NCBI GenBank assembly: GCA_022605425.2 | Contig: CM061254.1 | Coordinates: forward strand, 496,001-560,000 | Source: Hamiltosporidium tvaerminnensis FI-OER-3-3 | Lineage: Eukaryota; Fungi; Microsporidia | Reading direction: 5' to 3' | Length of the DNA stretch: 64,000 nt | Shown here: positions 36,547-48,712 of the stretch, piece after piece | How positions within the stretch are numbered: the stretch's first letter is position 1 | How the letters are laid out: each line of letters opens with the position of its first letter | Position numbers and translations under genes: made by a program | The notes under the pieces: model-generated | What the model saw: only the letters and a program-made list of their open reading frames with translations | Databases searched by the model: none | What the model was told of the DNA's origin: nothing

Positions 36547-39500
36547 ATGAGTACAATGAAGAGAAGAATTGTAATTAAAAAAATAAAATTAAACAAAATA
36601 GGTTTATTTTCTTATATACGAAGATATAAATTTGTAATGTGTATAAGTGATAAGAGTAACTCATTTAGTATTTCTCTAAGTGTTAAAGATGGTTGAGTTG
36701 GGTATGTTTTTATAAGTTCAGATGAAACAATAAGAGTAAGAATTTTTATGGACGAAATACTTTTAAATGAATTTTATTTTGAAGTTAAAAATGGAAATGG
36801 AATTATAGAAATAGAAAATTCGTATTTTAAAGGATGTATGGAGTATTTGTGTGTGGATTCTTTATTTTCTTATTTGGAATTTAAAGATGAATATAAATTG
36901 GAAAATACAGTTGATAATGAATTGAAGAATAAAATTGATAATGAATTTGAATATAAATTAAAAAATAAAGTTGATAATGAATTGAAGAATGAATTTAACA
37001 ATAAAGGTGACAATAAAATTGACAATAAAGTTGATAATGAATTTGACAATAAAATTGATAATGAAATTAAATTTGTTGAAGAAATTAAATATTATAAAAA
37101 TAATTTTTGTGCATTTAAAGTTTATGATGGTCGTATTTATTATTTAGATTATTCTGATTTAAGAATATCTTGGAACAAAATAGAAAACAGATTTAAAAAC
37201 GAATTACCGTGTAGATGGGAAAAGAAGGAAAACAAAGATGGAAATATTTTTTATATAAATCATAATAATTGTACAACCACATGGAAACATCCAATTACAT
37301 CTTATAGAATGGTTAGAATTGTACAGAAAATGGAAAAATATATTTTTTATTCTAAATTACGGGATTTTTTATATCCTTTTAATTCACAAATCATTTCTTT
37401 ATCAGTTAAAAGAAATTTTTATGTTCAATCAACGGCACTCAAACTCATAGAAAGTACACAAGCAGATCTTTTAAAAAATATTTTTATAGAATTTATAGAT
37501 GAAATAGGAGAAGACCATGGTGCTTTACTTAGAGAATACTTTTATGAAACATCATTATAAATTGCACAAGATTATAGAATTCAAGATGTTGGTAGTTTTT
37601 ATGATGTAAAACCCATGACTGAACAGTATTTTAAAGACGTGGAATATTTAATTCCTGAAAATTTAATATTTTTTATTTAATAAAATTCTGGGTTAAAATA
37701 TTTTTTACCATTTTTACATGTTTTCTTCTACCTCTTTAACCACTTTTGTCTCTTCCTCCAAATCCGACTCTTCATTTATGTTATTGGTCGGTTCCTCTAA
37801 AGTGGTTCCTCCTTGTAAAATAAAGGGGGCTTTATATTTTGGTTTAAAATTTTTGGCACCATCTTCCTCTGTTTTCGCTTTTTTTAAAGGGGGTATTGGT
37901 TCCTCATGCATCTCTGATCTCATAATAACACCCATTGACGCTCTCTCCCAGCTCTCTTCGGCATTTAGTCCTGACTCAAGTCCTCTTCGTCGATCAAAGG
38001 AAATAGTTTCGACTGTCTTTTTAAGTACTATAGACTGAATGTATGCTTCTACATTCATGGGTATTTCTAGTCTTTTAAGATGAGATTTATGGTATTTTGT
38101 CACAATACCGTCCCAGGTCATCACATAAGGGATTATCTCAACACTACACTTATAAATAAGGCCCAACTCATTGGCTAGCAGGTCATACTTACTAAGTTTT
38201 TCAGTTTCAACTATTTGAAGTGAATCTTGGGAAGTGATTCCTACTTCAATTAGTGTTATCTTATTCTTCTTCTTATCTAAAATAAATATTTCGGGTCTGT
38301 TATTCCGAATTTTAACATCAGTTTTTATTCTGGTGTCCACTCTTATCTCTGCATACTCATTATCAAGAATTTCTTGAACTGAGTGGCTCCTTATTCGTTT
38401 TGAAGACTTAAACTTATATCTATTTAGAAGGAGAAGGTGTAGGCATCTAACCACTTCATTATGCCGTCTAGTGTAATCATGGCCTAGCATTTTTTCACAT
38501 CTAGTTGCTAGATGATCCACAGTCTTACCAGACTTCCCGCAATGTTGACACACACCATCTGCTCCCCAGAATACATTTCTATCCTGGATATAGCAGAACA
38601 CAGCTTCATTTCGTGGCCTAATATTTCCTCTCTTTAGCCATCTTGAAGAGTCACTAACACTCACAAGCTCATTTTTCCTTGCATTATATAACTTTGAATG
38701 GAGTTTTCGTTTTTCTATTTCGTTATATAGTTTTGCAAGTTGAGCTTCTTCTAAACTTTTTTAGTGACTTCTTCTACCAACCTGTACTTTACTTTTAAGA
38801 AGCCTTTTATTAGTGCAAGATGGGTTTTATTATTATTCTCCACCTTGAGGATTGCAGCTCGTCTAGTTGATATTTCTTTACTTTTTTCCAGACAATCCAA
38901 GAGTTGCAGAAGCATATGTTCGCTTCGCAACTCAACACTATGTAGGCCTCTTCCAAGTTCTGTTCTAGGAAGGTATAAACGCTCTTTACATCCTAGGCGG
39001 AGATGTATCTTATTCTTAACGACACCGCACGCACTGCATCATCTAACTTAGAGAAGTCAGCTGGTTCAAGTCGAAGTACTCCTATATGATAGTTTAGTAA
39101 AGAAATTTAATGTTGGTTAATGGCTTGAAATAAATTTTTTGCGTTTAATCTAGTGTGACAAAGTCTTTCAACTCTTGATATAAGTTTGCTTTGTACTTCT
39201 TCAAATAAGCTACGTGTTGGAATTCCTCTGCTATCTTCTATTATTCCTAAATATTTGTAAACACTAACACCTTCTAGAAGAGTTGCAGTATCTTCACAAC
39301 ACGTATCATTTGTGGCTGACTTCTCTTTGTTTAATCTCTAACCCAATCACCTCTAAAAATTCCTTTGCCTCGTCTGTCATAGCACTCAATGTCGAACTGT
39401 CTTTAGCAAGGAGCTTAAGATCATCAATAAACAAGATATGATTAGTAGAATGGGATTCTGCATCTGTTTGTACTGTCACTTTTGTGTTTTTTTCATTAAG

Positions 39501-42500
39501 CTTTCGGCTTAATGGATCCATACACAACACAAATAACAAAGGTGACAGACTTTCTCCTTGTAGAATCCCTCTATCAATCTTCTTGCTCATGATTTTTTCA
39601 GGCCCTACTGATATATCAATTTTCCATTTTGATATAATTACCTTAATAAATTTCAGGATCCAATCAGGTAAATTAAGGTTTTCAATGCATTGAGTTAAAT
39701 AAGCATGATCTATTGAATCATAAGCTTTTTTAACATCAATCCATGTTGCCTTAAGATTATTTCCATACTCTTTATTTAAGGCAATATTCAGTAGAGCCTG
39801 CTCTTTCGCTCCCTGCACACCTCTTACTGCTCCCAACTGGTTCTCCGCAAGCAACCCTCACATTTCCACTTCAATTTGAACGACTTTCGTTACACACTTA
39901 GTCGTTAAATTGTAGAGGTTGGACATAAAAGTGATTGGCCTGTAGTCAGAGCCTCTTCGTGGAATTCTTTTCGGTATCAAATACGTAAGCCCGCAGTAAA
40001 ACTAATCAGCTTGAGTTGTTCCTTCTAAACATATAACTTTCACAATATCATAAAGATATTTGTGTAGAGTTGTAAGTTTCTTAATGAAAAAATTGTAAAT
40101 ACCATCAATTCCAGCAGCTTTCCAATTGGGAAGCCAATTAATGATATTTACAAATTCATCAAGTGAAGGAAACGTGGTCGGATGATTATCTGATACAAAT
40201 GGAATCAAATAATCATCATACGTGACTGTGTCATCATTTTTGTTCCACATTGTAGACCAAAAACTCACAATTTCATCACGGCTAACCACATGCTCGGATT
40301 CTACACGCTCAGATAACCCACGATAAAATCGACCTCGGAAAAGCTCAAACATACGATTCTTTTTTCGGAATTGCTTCCTACTTTCATGCATCGTAATTTT
40401 TTTCTCGTAAACATTCAAAGACTCATTCTTCTTAACTAAAGCCTCAGAAAGATCAGTTACGCTGCTCAAGTTTAAATTAAACTCTCGCATGATTTTCTTA
40501 AGGCTCTTCGTTTCCGAAGTGGAGAGCTTTTCCTGCTTACGAGCCTTCTCGAGAAGATCTTTGGAAAGTACTAACTTAGAAATTTTACTTTCTATGTTTT
40601 TTTTCCAAGCGGATCTAGGCTTTTCTTTGCGTGTTGCCTCGTCATAGCATACCTGCGCAGCTTGCATGATATACGCGGCTTCCGTAATTGACTCAGGTAC
40701 ATGAGCTCCTGCATATTCACTGACTACTCGATTAATGAGATCCAGAACTTTACTATCAACCAATTCATTTGGATGTTTTCTAGTTCGGACCACCACTTTT
40801 CCAATTTCGTTCTCAGAGATTTCTTTGATTTTACTCAAGAATTTATCTCTCAGGTTTATGTACTCCGTGGTGTCGGTCAAGGTGCATGTATCAGCGAGAC
40901 AAGTGGCGATTCTACGTCGCTCTCCATTCTCTTCTGATTTTACATCCTTTCCCATCTCACTTTGTGCCAATTTTTTTAACACTTCGAGAGTTTCAGTGCA
41001 GCCGAATTTCTCATTATAGTACCTGTGAAGCTCTGTCCAGCCATTTCTTGGCATTCTTTCAAACCTTGTCTGTACTGCAAAAAAAACAATTCGAGGCCAT
41101 TCCTTCGGGTCGGCTGTTACGGAATCGAATATCGTCCGCAATGCCATTAGCCTGTTACCTTCTGGAATAGCTAGAGTACAGGGGCTTGTCATGTCGTACG
41201 ATGGCTCGCACGCAGAGACTTCAACCGAAGAGGGAACTGGTGCATTAGGCGAAGGTAAGGTGTCAAGCCCACTATTTTGCATTTTACTGCATGTTTGGCT
41301 TGGTGGTGGAGGTGTTATTGTTGTGTAGGAGGAGGAAGGTAGGGGAATCGCCGGTGGATGTAGCTTACATTTTTGTATCTCACTATCACTCTTTTTCACC
41401 TCATCAGCGTCGTTTGCAGCCTTTATTTTGGTATTATTCGATATTTCGCTGCTAACATTTTTCTTTCTACCCATCTGAAAATTTAAAAAAATATATTAAA
41501 ATTAAAAATAAACCAAAAAATAAATTCTTTTTAAAGTCTGAAATAAATGAATATAAGGGAGAAAATAAAGCTGAAGATTTGAAAAATAAAATAGAAAATA
41601 ATTATTTAGAAAATTCCGATAAATATACATGTGAAGATAAAGATGAAATAAAATATTTAGAAAATAATTTTCAAAGTCAAAAATATCATTCTTCTAACGA
41701 AATATAAGAAAAAGTAAAAAATAATTTAGAAGATGAATTCTTTAAAAATCAAAAAAAATAAGCAAAAAAATTTTTTAAACGATGAAGCTTTTTTTACTTT
41801 TATAGGAATATTTCTAGCTCTTGCCATTGAAAATAAACAATGTATTGCAATTAATTTTAGTTTAGCTTTTTATGAAAATCTATTGAACAGAAAATATAAT
41901 TTAAGACATATACAAGATATGCACATACAATCTTCTATGAAATAGCTTTTAATGAACAAATATGATATTTATGAGGATAAATATGACGACGAGGATAATA
42001 ATTCCATTAGATATAAAAATTTGAATTGTAACAATAAAAATGTGAAATTTAAGAATATAAATGATTACGAGGAAGATTCTAAAGATATTTTTGATGAAAA
42101 TTACAAAAATAATTATCAAGAAATTAATTATCAAAATAAAAATGTAAAAGATGAAAGAAAAAAATACGTGCAAAGCTTAATTAATGAAAGACTTTTTGAA
42201 TCCAAAAAATTGCCATACAATTACATTAGGAAAGCTTTTTTTTCAATTATAAGTTATGAATTTAAAGAAATATTTTCTTGCTCAAATATTTCACAAATAT
42301 TGGTTGAAATTTATGTTTTATTTGATAATTGTTCTTTAAATTCGAAAGAAATTTTTTTTTATTTGAAATTATAGAAAACAAAAATGAAATTTATCTTAGA
42401 AAATTTATTTCTTTTATTACAGGATCAGGCACAATTCCTTTTGGTTCCATTATTTTAGGACAAATAAATATTTATATTGAAAAAACCAATGGAGTAAATT

Positions 42501-42622
42501 TATTATTTCGAGCAGTATCATGTTCTAATAGGTTATTTTTAAGTAGCTATGATAGTAAAAATAAAATGGAAGAAATATTAGACTTTTCATTGTTTAACAC
42601 TGAAGGATTTCATAAAGTTTAA
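36547..42622 (+). pseudogene. Rsp5/Nedd4-like WW-HECT E3 ligase pseudogene, split by a retrotransposon
   Basis: ATG 36547, in-frame TGA, WW domain (LPCRWEKK...FYINHNNCTTTWKHP), HECT start (EFIDEIGEDHGALLREYF), FISFITGS, AVSCSNRLFL, TEGF. Frame continues across the excised element (PENL|KKY). Additional stops (37558, ~41705, 41943 TAG for W) and frameshifts. Confidence 0.88.
37667..41474 (-). mobile_element. Full-length R4/Dong-like retrotransposon, copy 2 (3808 bp), with 12-bp TSD
   Basis: TSD ctgaaaatttaa at 37655-37666 and 41475-41486. ORF pieces 40002-41474, 39306-39854 (RT) and 37714-38664 (CCHC + RLE). A few disabling mutations. Confidence 0.97.
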
Positions 42623-42645
42623 ATAAAGTATAGATTCCTCAATCA

Positions 42646-42687
42646 AAAAATGGTAAAAATATTTTAACCCAGAATTTTATTAAATAA
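42646..42687 (+). mobile_element. 42-bp extremely 5'-truncated R4-like insertion with 16-bp TSD
   Basis: aaaaatggtaaaaatattttaacccagaattttattaaataa matches the 3' end of copy 2. Flanked by atagattcctcaatca at 42630-42645 and 42688-42703. Confidence 0.92.
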
Positions 42688-43297
42688 ATAGATTCCTCAA
42701 TCAGTATTTTAAGAATTTTAAAATGAAAGATTGTAGATGAAATTCATGTTTATGACTTCTATACCGATATGAAAATAAACTCTTTATAAATAATAATATG
42801 AAATAAAAGTTCAAAAAGTTTAATAACTGCCTTTTTGTAAAAGAATAAAGTTGTTGTCTTTTTAATTATAAAATGTAGTTTAAAAAAGGTTTAAATTATA
42901 ATAAAATGTGAGAAGAAATATTACAATAATTGATAAGAATTGCTTTTGGTAAATAAATTTCCAAAACAATCAGATTTCATCAAATTTTAAATGAAATTAC
43001 AAATAATAAAAAATTTAACTTAAATTAAGAAAAAAATGCTCCAAATATTTATTTTATTACAAATATAGAATAATTAGCTTATTATTATATATTGTTTTAA
43101 AATATTTCAGTTCTTAAAATAAAAAAATGTGAGATATAAATAAAAATGTTAAACTTAATTTTAAACAATTTATTTCAAATAAAGAAATGCAAATAAAAAA
43201 TAAACAGCCTCCATAAAGAAATATTTAATTCTTATAAAGAAAGTAAAAAAATATTAAATCTGAATAAGGAAAGTAAAAAAATATTTTTTTATAGAAA

Positions 43298-43552
43298 CTA
43301 TCCACCTCTGAGAGCAAGAACTAAATGAACAACACAACCATTATTAACATTATATTCTACAAGTTTTTTAGAATCATCTGACATAATCTTACCATAATAT
43401 ATAAGTCTTTGTTGAAGTGGTGGTATCAATTCATAATCTTCTATTTTTTCTTTTAATTGGAAAACCTAATTAGAAATTACACTTACTGTTTCGTTGTGGT
43501 CTGTTTCTATTTCTATTTCTCTTCCTTCTAATGTTTTTATTTTGATTTGCAT
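43298..43552 (-). CDS. NEDD8: NEDD8/Rub1 ubiquitin-like protein, exons 43552-43487 and 43465-43298, 77 aa
   Basis: MQIKIKTLEGREIEIETDHNET|VFQLKEKIEDYELIPPLQQRLIYYGKIMSDD...VHLVLALRGG*. LALRGG distinguishes NEDD8 from ubiquitin (LRLRGG). CCC abuts the ATG. Confidence 0.93.
43466..43486 (-). other. 21-nt spliceosomal intron in NEDD8
   Basis: gtaagtgtaatttctaattag: GTAAGT donor, CTAAT branch point, TAG acceptor that is an in-frame stop if unspliced. Confidence 0.9.
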
Positions 43553-43769
43553 GGGATTACAGTTTATTATGTTTTAAGTCGCAATATAATTTAGTTTTAT
43601 AATATATTAATCTTTTTGGCTTTTAGTAGGTGTTTGTTTTTAAATATTTGTATTAGAAGTTACAATTATTTGGAATTTTAAAAAGATTTATTTCCAAGAT
43701 TCAAGAAGTATGGTAGTAAAATTAAAAATTTTTAAAGACTTTTACTTGTTTATATTAAATTCAAAAGTA

Positions 43770-43851
43770 TGGTGTGAGAGGGATTTGAACCCCCGCCCTG
43801 TTACGGACTGGAGCCTAATTCCAGCGCCTTAGACCGCTCGGCCATCACACC
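43770..43851 (-). tRNA. tRNA-Leu (anticodon TAG)
   Basis: GGTGTGATGGCCGAGCGGTCTAAGGCGCTGGAATTAGGCTCCAGTCCGTAACAGGGCGGGGGTTCAAATCCCTCTCACACCA: 7-bp acceptor stem, CTGGA/TCCAG anticodon stem, long variable arm, A and B boxes. Confidence 0.96.
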
Positions 43852-43939
43852 AATAATTTTGTAAAATACTATTTAAATAATAAATTTAAAAAACATTAAA
43901 ATGAACATTTTATGATTAAGCGAGATATAATTACATAAA

Positions 43940-46900
43940 TTTTATCAATTAAAATGATGGGTTAAACCCATTTTTACACCTTTATGCATTTTCTTCTACC
44001 TTTCTAGCACCGTCTTTTCTTCTCCTAAATCAGATTCTTCATTTATGCCTTTGTGAATTCCTCTAATGGGGTTCCTCCTTTTGAAATAAGGGGTTGTTCA
44101 TTTTTTGTTTTAACATGTTTAACATGATCTTCCTCATTCTTCGCTTGTTTTAAAGGGGGTGTTGGTTCCAGGTACATCTCGGCTTTCTCAATAACACAAT
44201 TGGCGCTTTTCCCCAGCTCTCTTCGGCATTTGGCTCAATGTCCAGTGCTCTTATTCGGTCAAAGGAAATTGTATAGAGTGTCTTCTTAAGTACTATAGAC
44301 TGAATGTATGCTTCTACATTCATGGGTATTTCTAGTCATTTAAGATGAGATTTATGGTATTTTGTCACAATACCGTCCCAGGTCATCACATAAGGGATTA
44401 TCCCAACACTACACCTATAAATAAGACCCAACTCATTGGCTAGCAGGTCATACTTCCTAAGTTTTTTAGTTTTAACTTTTGAAGTGAATCTTGGGAAGTG
44501 ATTCCTACTTCAATGAGTGTTATCTTATTCTTCTTCTTATCTAAAATAAATATTTCGGATCTGTTATTCCGAATTTTAACATCAGTTTTTATTCTGGTGT
44601 CCACTCTTATCTCTGCATACTCATTATCAAGAATTTCTTGAACTGAGTGACTTCTAATTCGTTTTGAGGACTTAAACTTATATATATTTAAGAGAAGTTG
44701 GTGTAGGCATCTAACCACTTCATTATGCCGTCTGGTATAGTCATGGCCTAGCATTTTTTCTTATCTAGTTGCTAGATGATCCACAGTCTTACCAGACTTC
44801 CCGCAATGTTGACACACACCATCTGCTCCCCAGAATACATTTCTATCCTGGATATAGCAGAACACAGCTTCATTTCGTGGCCTAATATTTCCTCTCTTTA
44901 GCCATCTTGAAGAGTCACTAACACTCACAAGCTCATTTTTCCTTGCATTATATAACTTTGAATGGAGTTTTCGTTTTTCTATTTCGTTATATAGTTTTGC
45001 AAGTTGAGCTTCTTCTAAACTTTTCTTAGTGACTTCTTCTAACAACCTGTACTTTACTTTTAAGAAGCTTTTTATTAGTGCAAGATAGGATTTATTATTA
45101 TTCTCCACCTTGAGGATTGCTGCTCGTCTAGTTGATATTTCTTTACTTTTTTCGAGACAATCTAAGAGTTCCAGAAGCATATGTTCGCTTCGCAACTCAA
45201 CACTATGTAGGCCTCTTCCAAGTTCTGTTCTAGGAAGGTATAAACGCTCTTTACATTCTGGGCGGAGATTTATCTTATTCTTCACCAACACCGCACCGCA
45301 CTGTATCATCTAACTTAGAGAAGTCAGCCGGTTATGACGAAGTACTCCTATATGATAGTTGATTAACGATATCGCATGTTGATTGATTGCAGAAAATATA
45401 TTTTTTGGGTTTAATCTAGTGTGACAAAGTCTTTCAACTATTGAAATATGAGTTTGCTCTGTACTTCTTACAATGAGCTACGTGTGAAATTCCTCTGCTA
45501 TTTTCTATCTTTCTTTAATTTTTGTCTAAACTAATACCTTCTAGAAGAATAGCAGTTTTTTCATAATACGTATCATTTGTGGCCGACTTCTCTACGTTAA
45601 TCTTTAAGCCAATCACCTTTAAAAATTCCTTTGCCTTGTCTGTCATAGCACTCAATGTGGAGCTGTATTTTGCAAGGAGCTTCAGATCATCAAAAAACAA
45701 GAGATGATTAGTAGAATGAGATTCTGCATCTGTTTGTACTGTCACTTTTGTGTATTTTTCATTAAGCTTTCGGCTTAATGGATCCATACACAACACAAAT
45801 AACAATGGTGACAAACTATCTCTTTGCAGAATCCCTCTCTCAATCTTCTTGCTCATGATTTTTTCAGGCCCTACTGATATATCAATTTTCCATTTTGATA
45901 TAATTACCTTAATAAATTTCAAGATCCAATCAGGTAAATTAAGGTTTTCAATGTATTGAGTTAAATAAGCATGATCTATTGAATCATAAGCTTTTTTAAC
46001 ATCAATCCATGTTGCCTTAAGATTGTTTCCGTACTCTTTATTTAGGGCAATATTCGGTAGAGCCTGCTCTTTCGCTCCCTGCACACCTCTAACTGCTCCC
46101 AACTGGTTCTCAGCAAGCAACCTTCGCCTTTCCACTTCAAGATCAACGACTTTCGTTACACACTTTGTCGTTAACTTGTAGAGGCTGGATATACAATGAT
46201 TGGCCTGTAGTCAGAGCCTCTTTGCAGAATTCATTTCTGTATCAAATACGAGAGCCCGCAATAAAACCAATCAGCTTGAGTTGTTCCTTCTAAACATATA
46301 ACTTTCACAATATCATAAAGATATTTGTGTAAAGTTGTAAGTTTCTTAATGAAAAAATTGTAAATGCCATCAATTCCAGCAGATTTCCAATTGGGAAGCC
46401 AACTAATAAATCTACAAACTCTTTAATTGATGGAACGAGTCCTGATCAGTATCTGGGTCGGATTTTGATGAAGGCCAGGGGGAAAATAAAAATTTTTTAG
46501 GGTTCAAATTTTTTTTATTAAAATCACTTTTTTGTCAATTTACAATAAAAAAATTAAAAATTACAAAAAATATACAACCTAATAAATTTTTAGATTTCGC
46601 AGTAAATTTCACTTAAAGGCAATTAAATTTTCTGTTTATGTGATACTTATCAACAGTGGGGAACTTTTATCAAAATCTAAAAAAATCAAATATAAAACAA
46701 CAATGATGTAGAGAAGCATTTTTATCAGAACAACACGATTTGGTTAAATCATGTTTTGTTTGTGATAGAACTCTACACGGCTTAATTTTTCTCTAGAAGA
46801 ATTCGTTTCCGCTGTACATTTTGCGATAAGAAATATACTGAATATTGCTTCGGGGCAATTACAAATTCTAAAATTGGAATTCATAGTGTAATTTATATGA

Positions 46901-48330
46901 GTTGAAGGTATACCTTTGGATTTACATAGAATGACACCAAAGCAAAGCATGGTTTTTCAGATGAACTATAGGAGACACTTTTAAAGCCCAGAGATTGTTA
47001 GTACAAAATGATTGCTTGTATTCTTTTAAGAAAAATGGTTGACCCGAAGAAATATTGGAAATAAATTAAAAGTTATAAGCAAGGGAAAGTATAATAGAGA
47101 TCGTCTCATTCGCTAGCAATGGGGTTTCGATGCTATTTTGAAGGCGATAAAGAGGGTCTATATGCAAATTGTTCGTAATAGAAGGTTCGGTGGTTTAAAT
47201 TAATGCTGTAAACAATGCTTTCTTTCCAATAAGTACAGTATATTCATATGAAAACCGTCCATACAAATCAAAATTAAGAGAGAATCAAGATTTATCTTAT
47301 AATAATGGGAATCATTCAACACATATTGTATCAGAATTGGGGTTTTATACAAACATAATCGAAAAGTTATGGTTGAGATTGTTAGGTTTAAAAAAAATAA
47401 TTTTTAAAAAAGGCTTAAGTTAAATAATTACATATGAGAATTTTTTTAGGGAGAATCATCGATTTAAGACACTAAGTAGACGGTTTTTAAAACTAATGGA
47501 ATTTTTTATTGAATAAAGAGGATATTATTTTACATGATTTTATCAAAGAAAATTAAACTTACAAAAAAGGGGTAAAAATAATTCGGTTTTTACGCCTAAA
47601 AAATTTTAAATTTTCCTCTGGCCTTTATCGAAACTTCAACCAGTATCTGACACGAAAGGTAACAATTACTCATCATGCGTAAATTTATCTTTATTTTTGT
47701 TTCACATTGTAGACCAAAAACTTAAAATTTAATCATAATTGATCACATGCTCAGATTCCACACATTCGGATAAACCTCGATAATATCTAACTCGGAACAG
47801 TTAAATACTGACAGTTATCTCTCAAAATTTCTTCCTACTTCCGTACATTGTAAGATTCTTCTCATGACCATTCAGAGACTTATTCTTCTAAAGCAAAACC
47901 TCAGAAAGATCATTTGTATGGCTAAATTCTAACTAAACACTCGAAAAATTTCTCTGCGACTTTTTTTTTGAGGGAAGAGAGTTTTTCCTGTCTATGCGCT
48001 TCTTTGAGAATATATTTTGCAAGTTTTAACACGGAGATTTAAGTCTCAATGTTTTCTTTCCACATTGATCTTGGTCTTTTTTTGCTTGTTTCTTCGTCCT
48101 AACATGCCTGCAACGCATGGAAAATCCGTGTTAAGTCAGTTATAGTCATCGGCAAAGGAGATTCAGAATGCTTGGTAATATTTTGATTAATGGGGTTCAA
48201 AAGTTTACTGTTACCAATTCACTTAGAAGCTTTCGAGTTCGGACTAGTAGATCTCCAATTTCCTTCTCCATGTGTTTTTTGACTTTACACAAGTTCCTCT
48301 CTTTCAGGTTAATCAGATTTGATAATTATG
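43940..48330 (-). mobile_element. R4/Dong-like retrotransposon copy 3, 5'-truncated, interrupted by Merlin
   Basis: RT 45515-46135 and CCHC/RLE 44440-45309. Homology resumes after 47649 up to ~48330. Degenerate 3' terminus near 43940-43965. Confidence 0.92.
46456..47641 (+). mobile_element. Merlin (IS1016/IS1595-like) DNA transposon, decayed
   Basis: 8-bp TSD agtatctg (46448-46455 / 47642-47649). GG-starting imperfect ~45-bp TIRs (aaggccag.ggaaaat..aaattttttagg). Transposase relics: two CxxC, KGKYNRDR..QWGFDAI, NHS, TNIIEKLW. Confidence 0.9.
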
Positions 48331-48712
48331 AATTTGTTATCCAATTAATTACTTACAGGTATAAACACAAGAAAGTTTAAAATATATGTATCTTTCAATG
48401 AGAAATTTTTGTTTATCATGAACGAAACGTAGGTAGGAAATACACAACATACATAATATACTATAAATTAACACTTAGCAGTCATTTTTTAAACAGACCT
48501 TCAAAAGCTTTTATGAAAATATCATAAACAAATTATAGCTTAAAAACAATTTTATTTAAAATTAGAAATAACTATTGTTTTTTTTATGTTCCAAAGCCGA
48601 TTTTTAAAATCATAATGTGATATTAAAAATATAGAACAATAAAAAAATTCTTTTTAATCAATTTTTCTATATGATAATTAAAATTTTATTAAATAAACGA
48701 AAAATTCACCCT

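Noticed and set aside
41475-41492. tttttttaaattttcag|ATG as a cis or trans splice acceptor for the retrotransposon
   Set aside because: The sequence is duplicated target DNA from the HECT coding region, and copy 1 has no AG before its ATG
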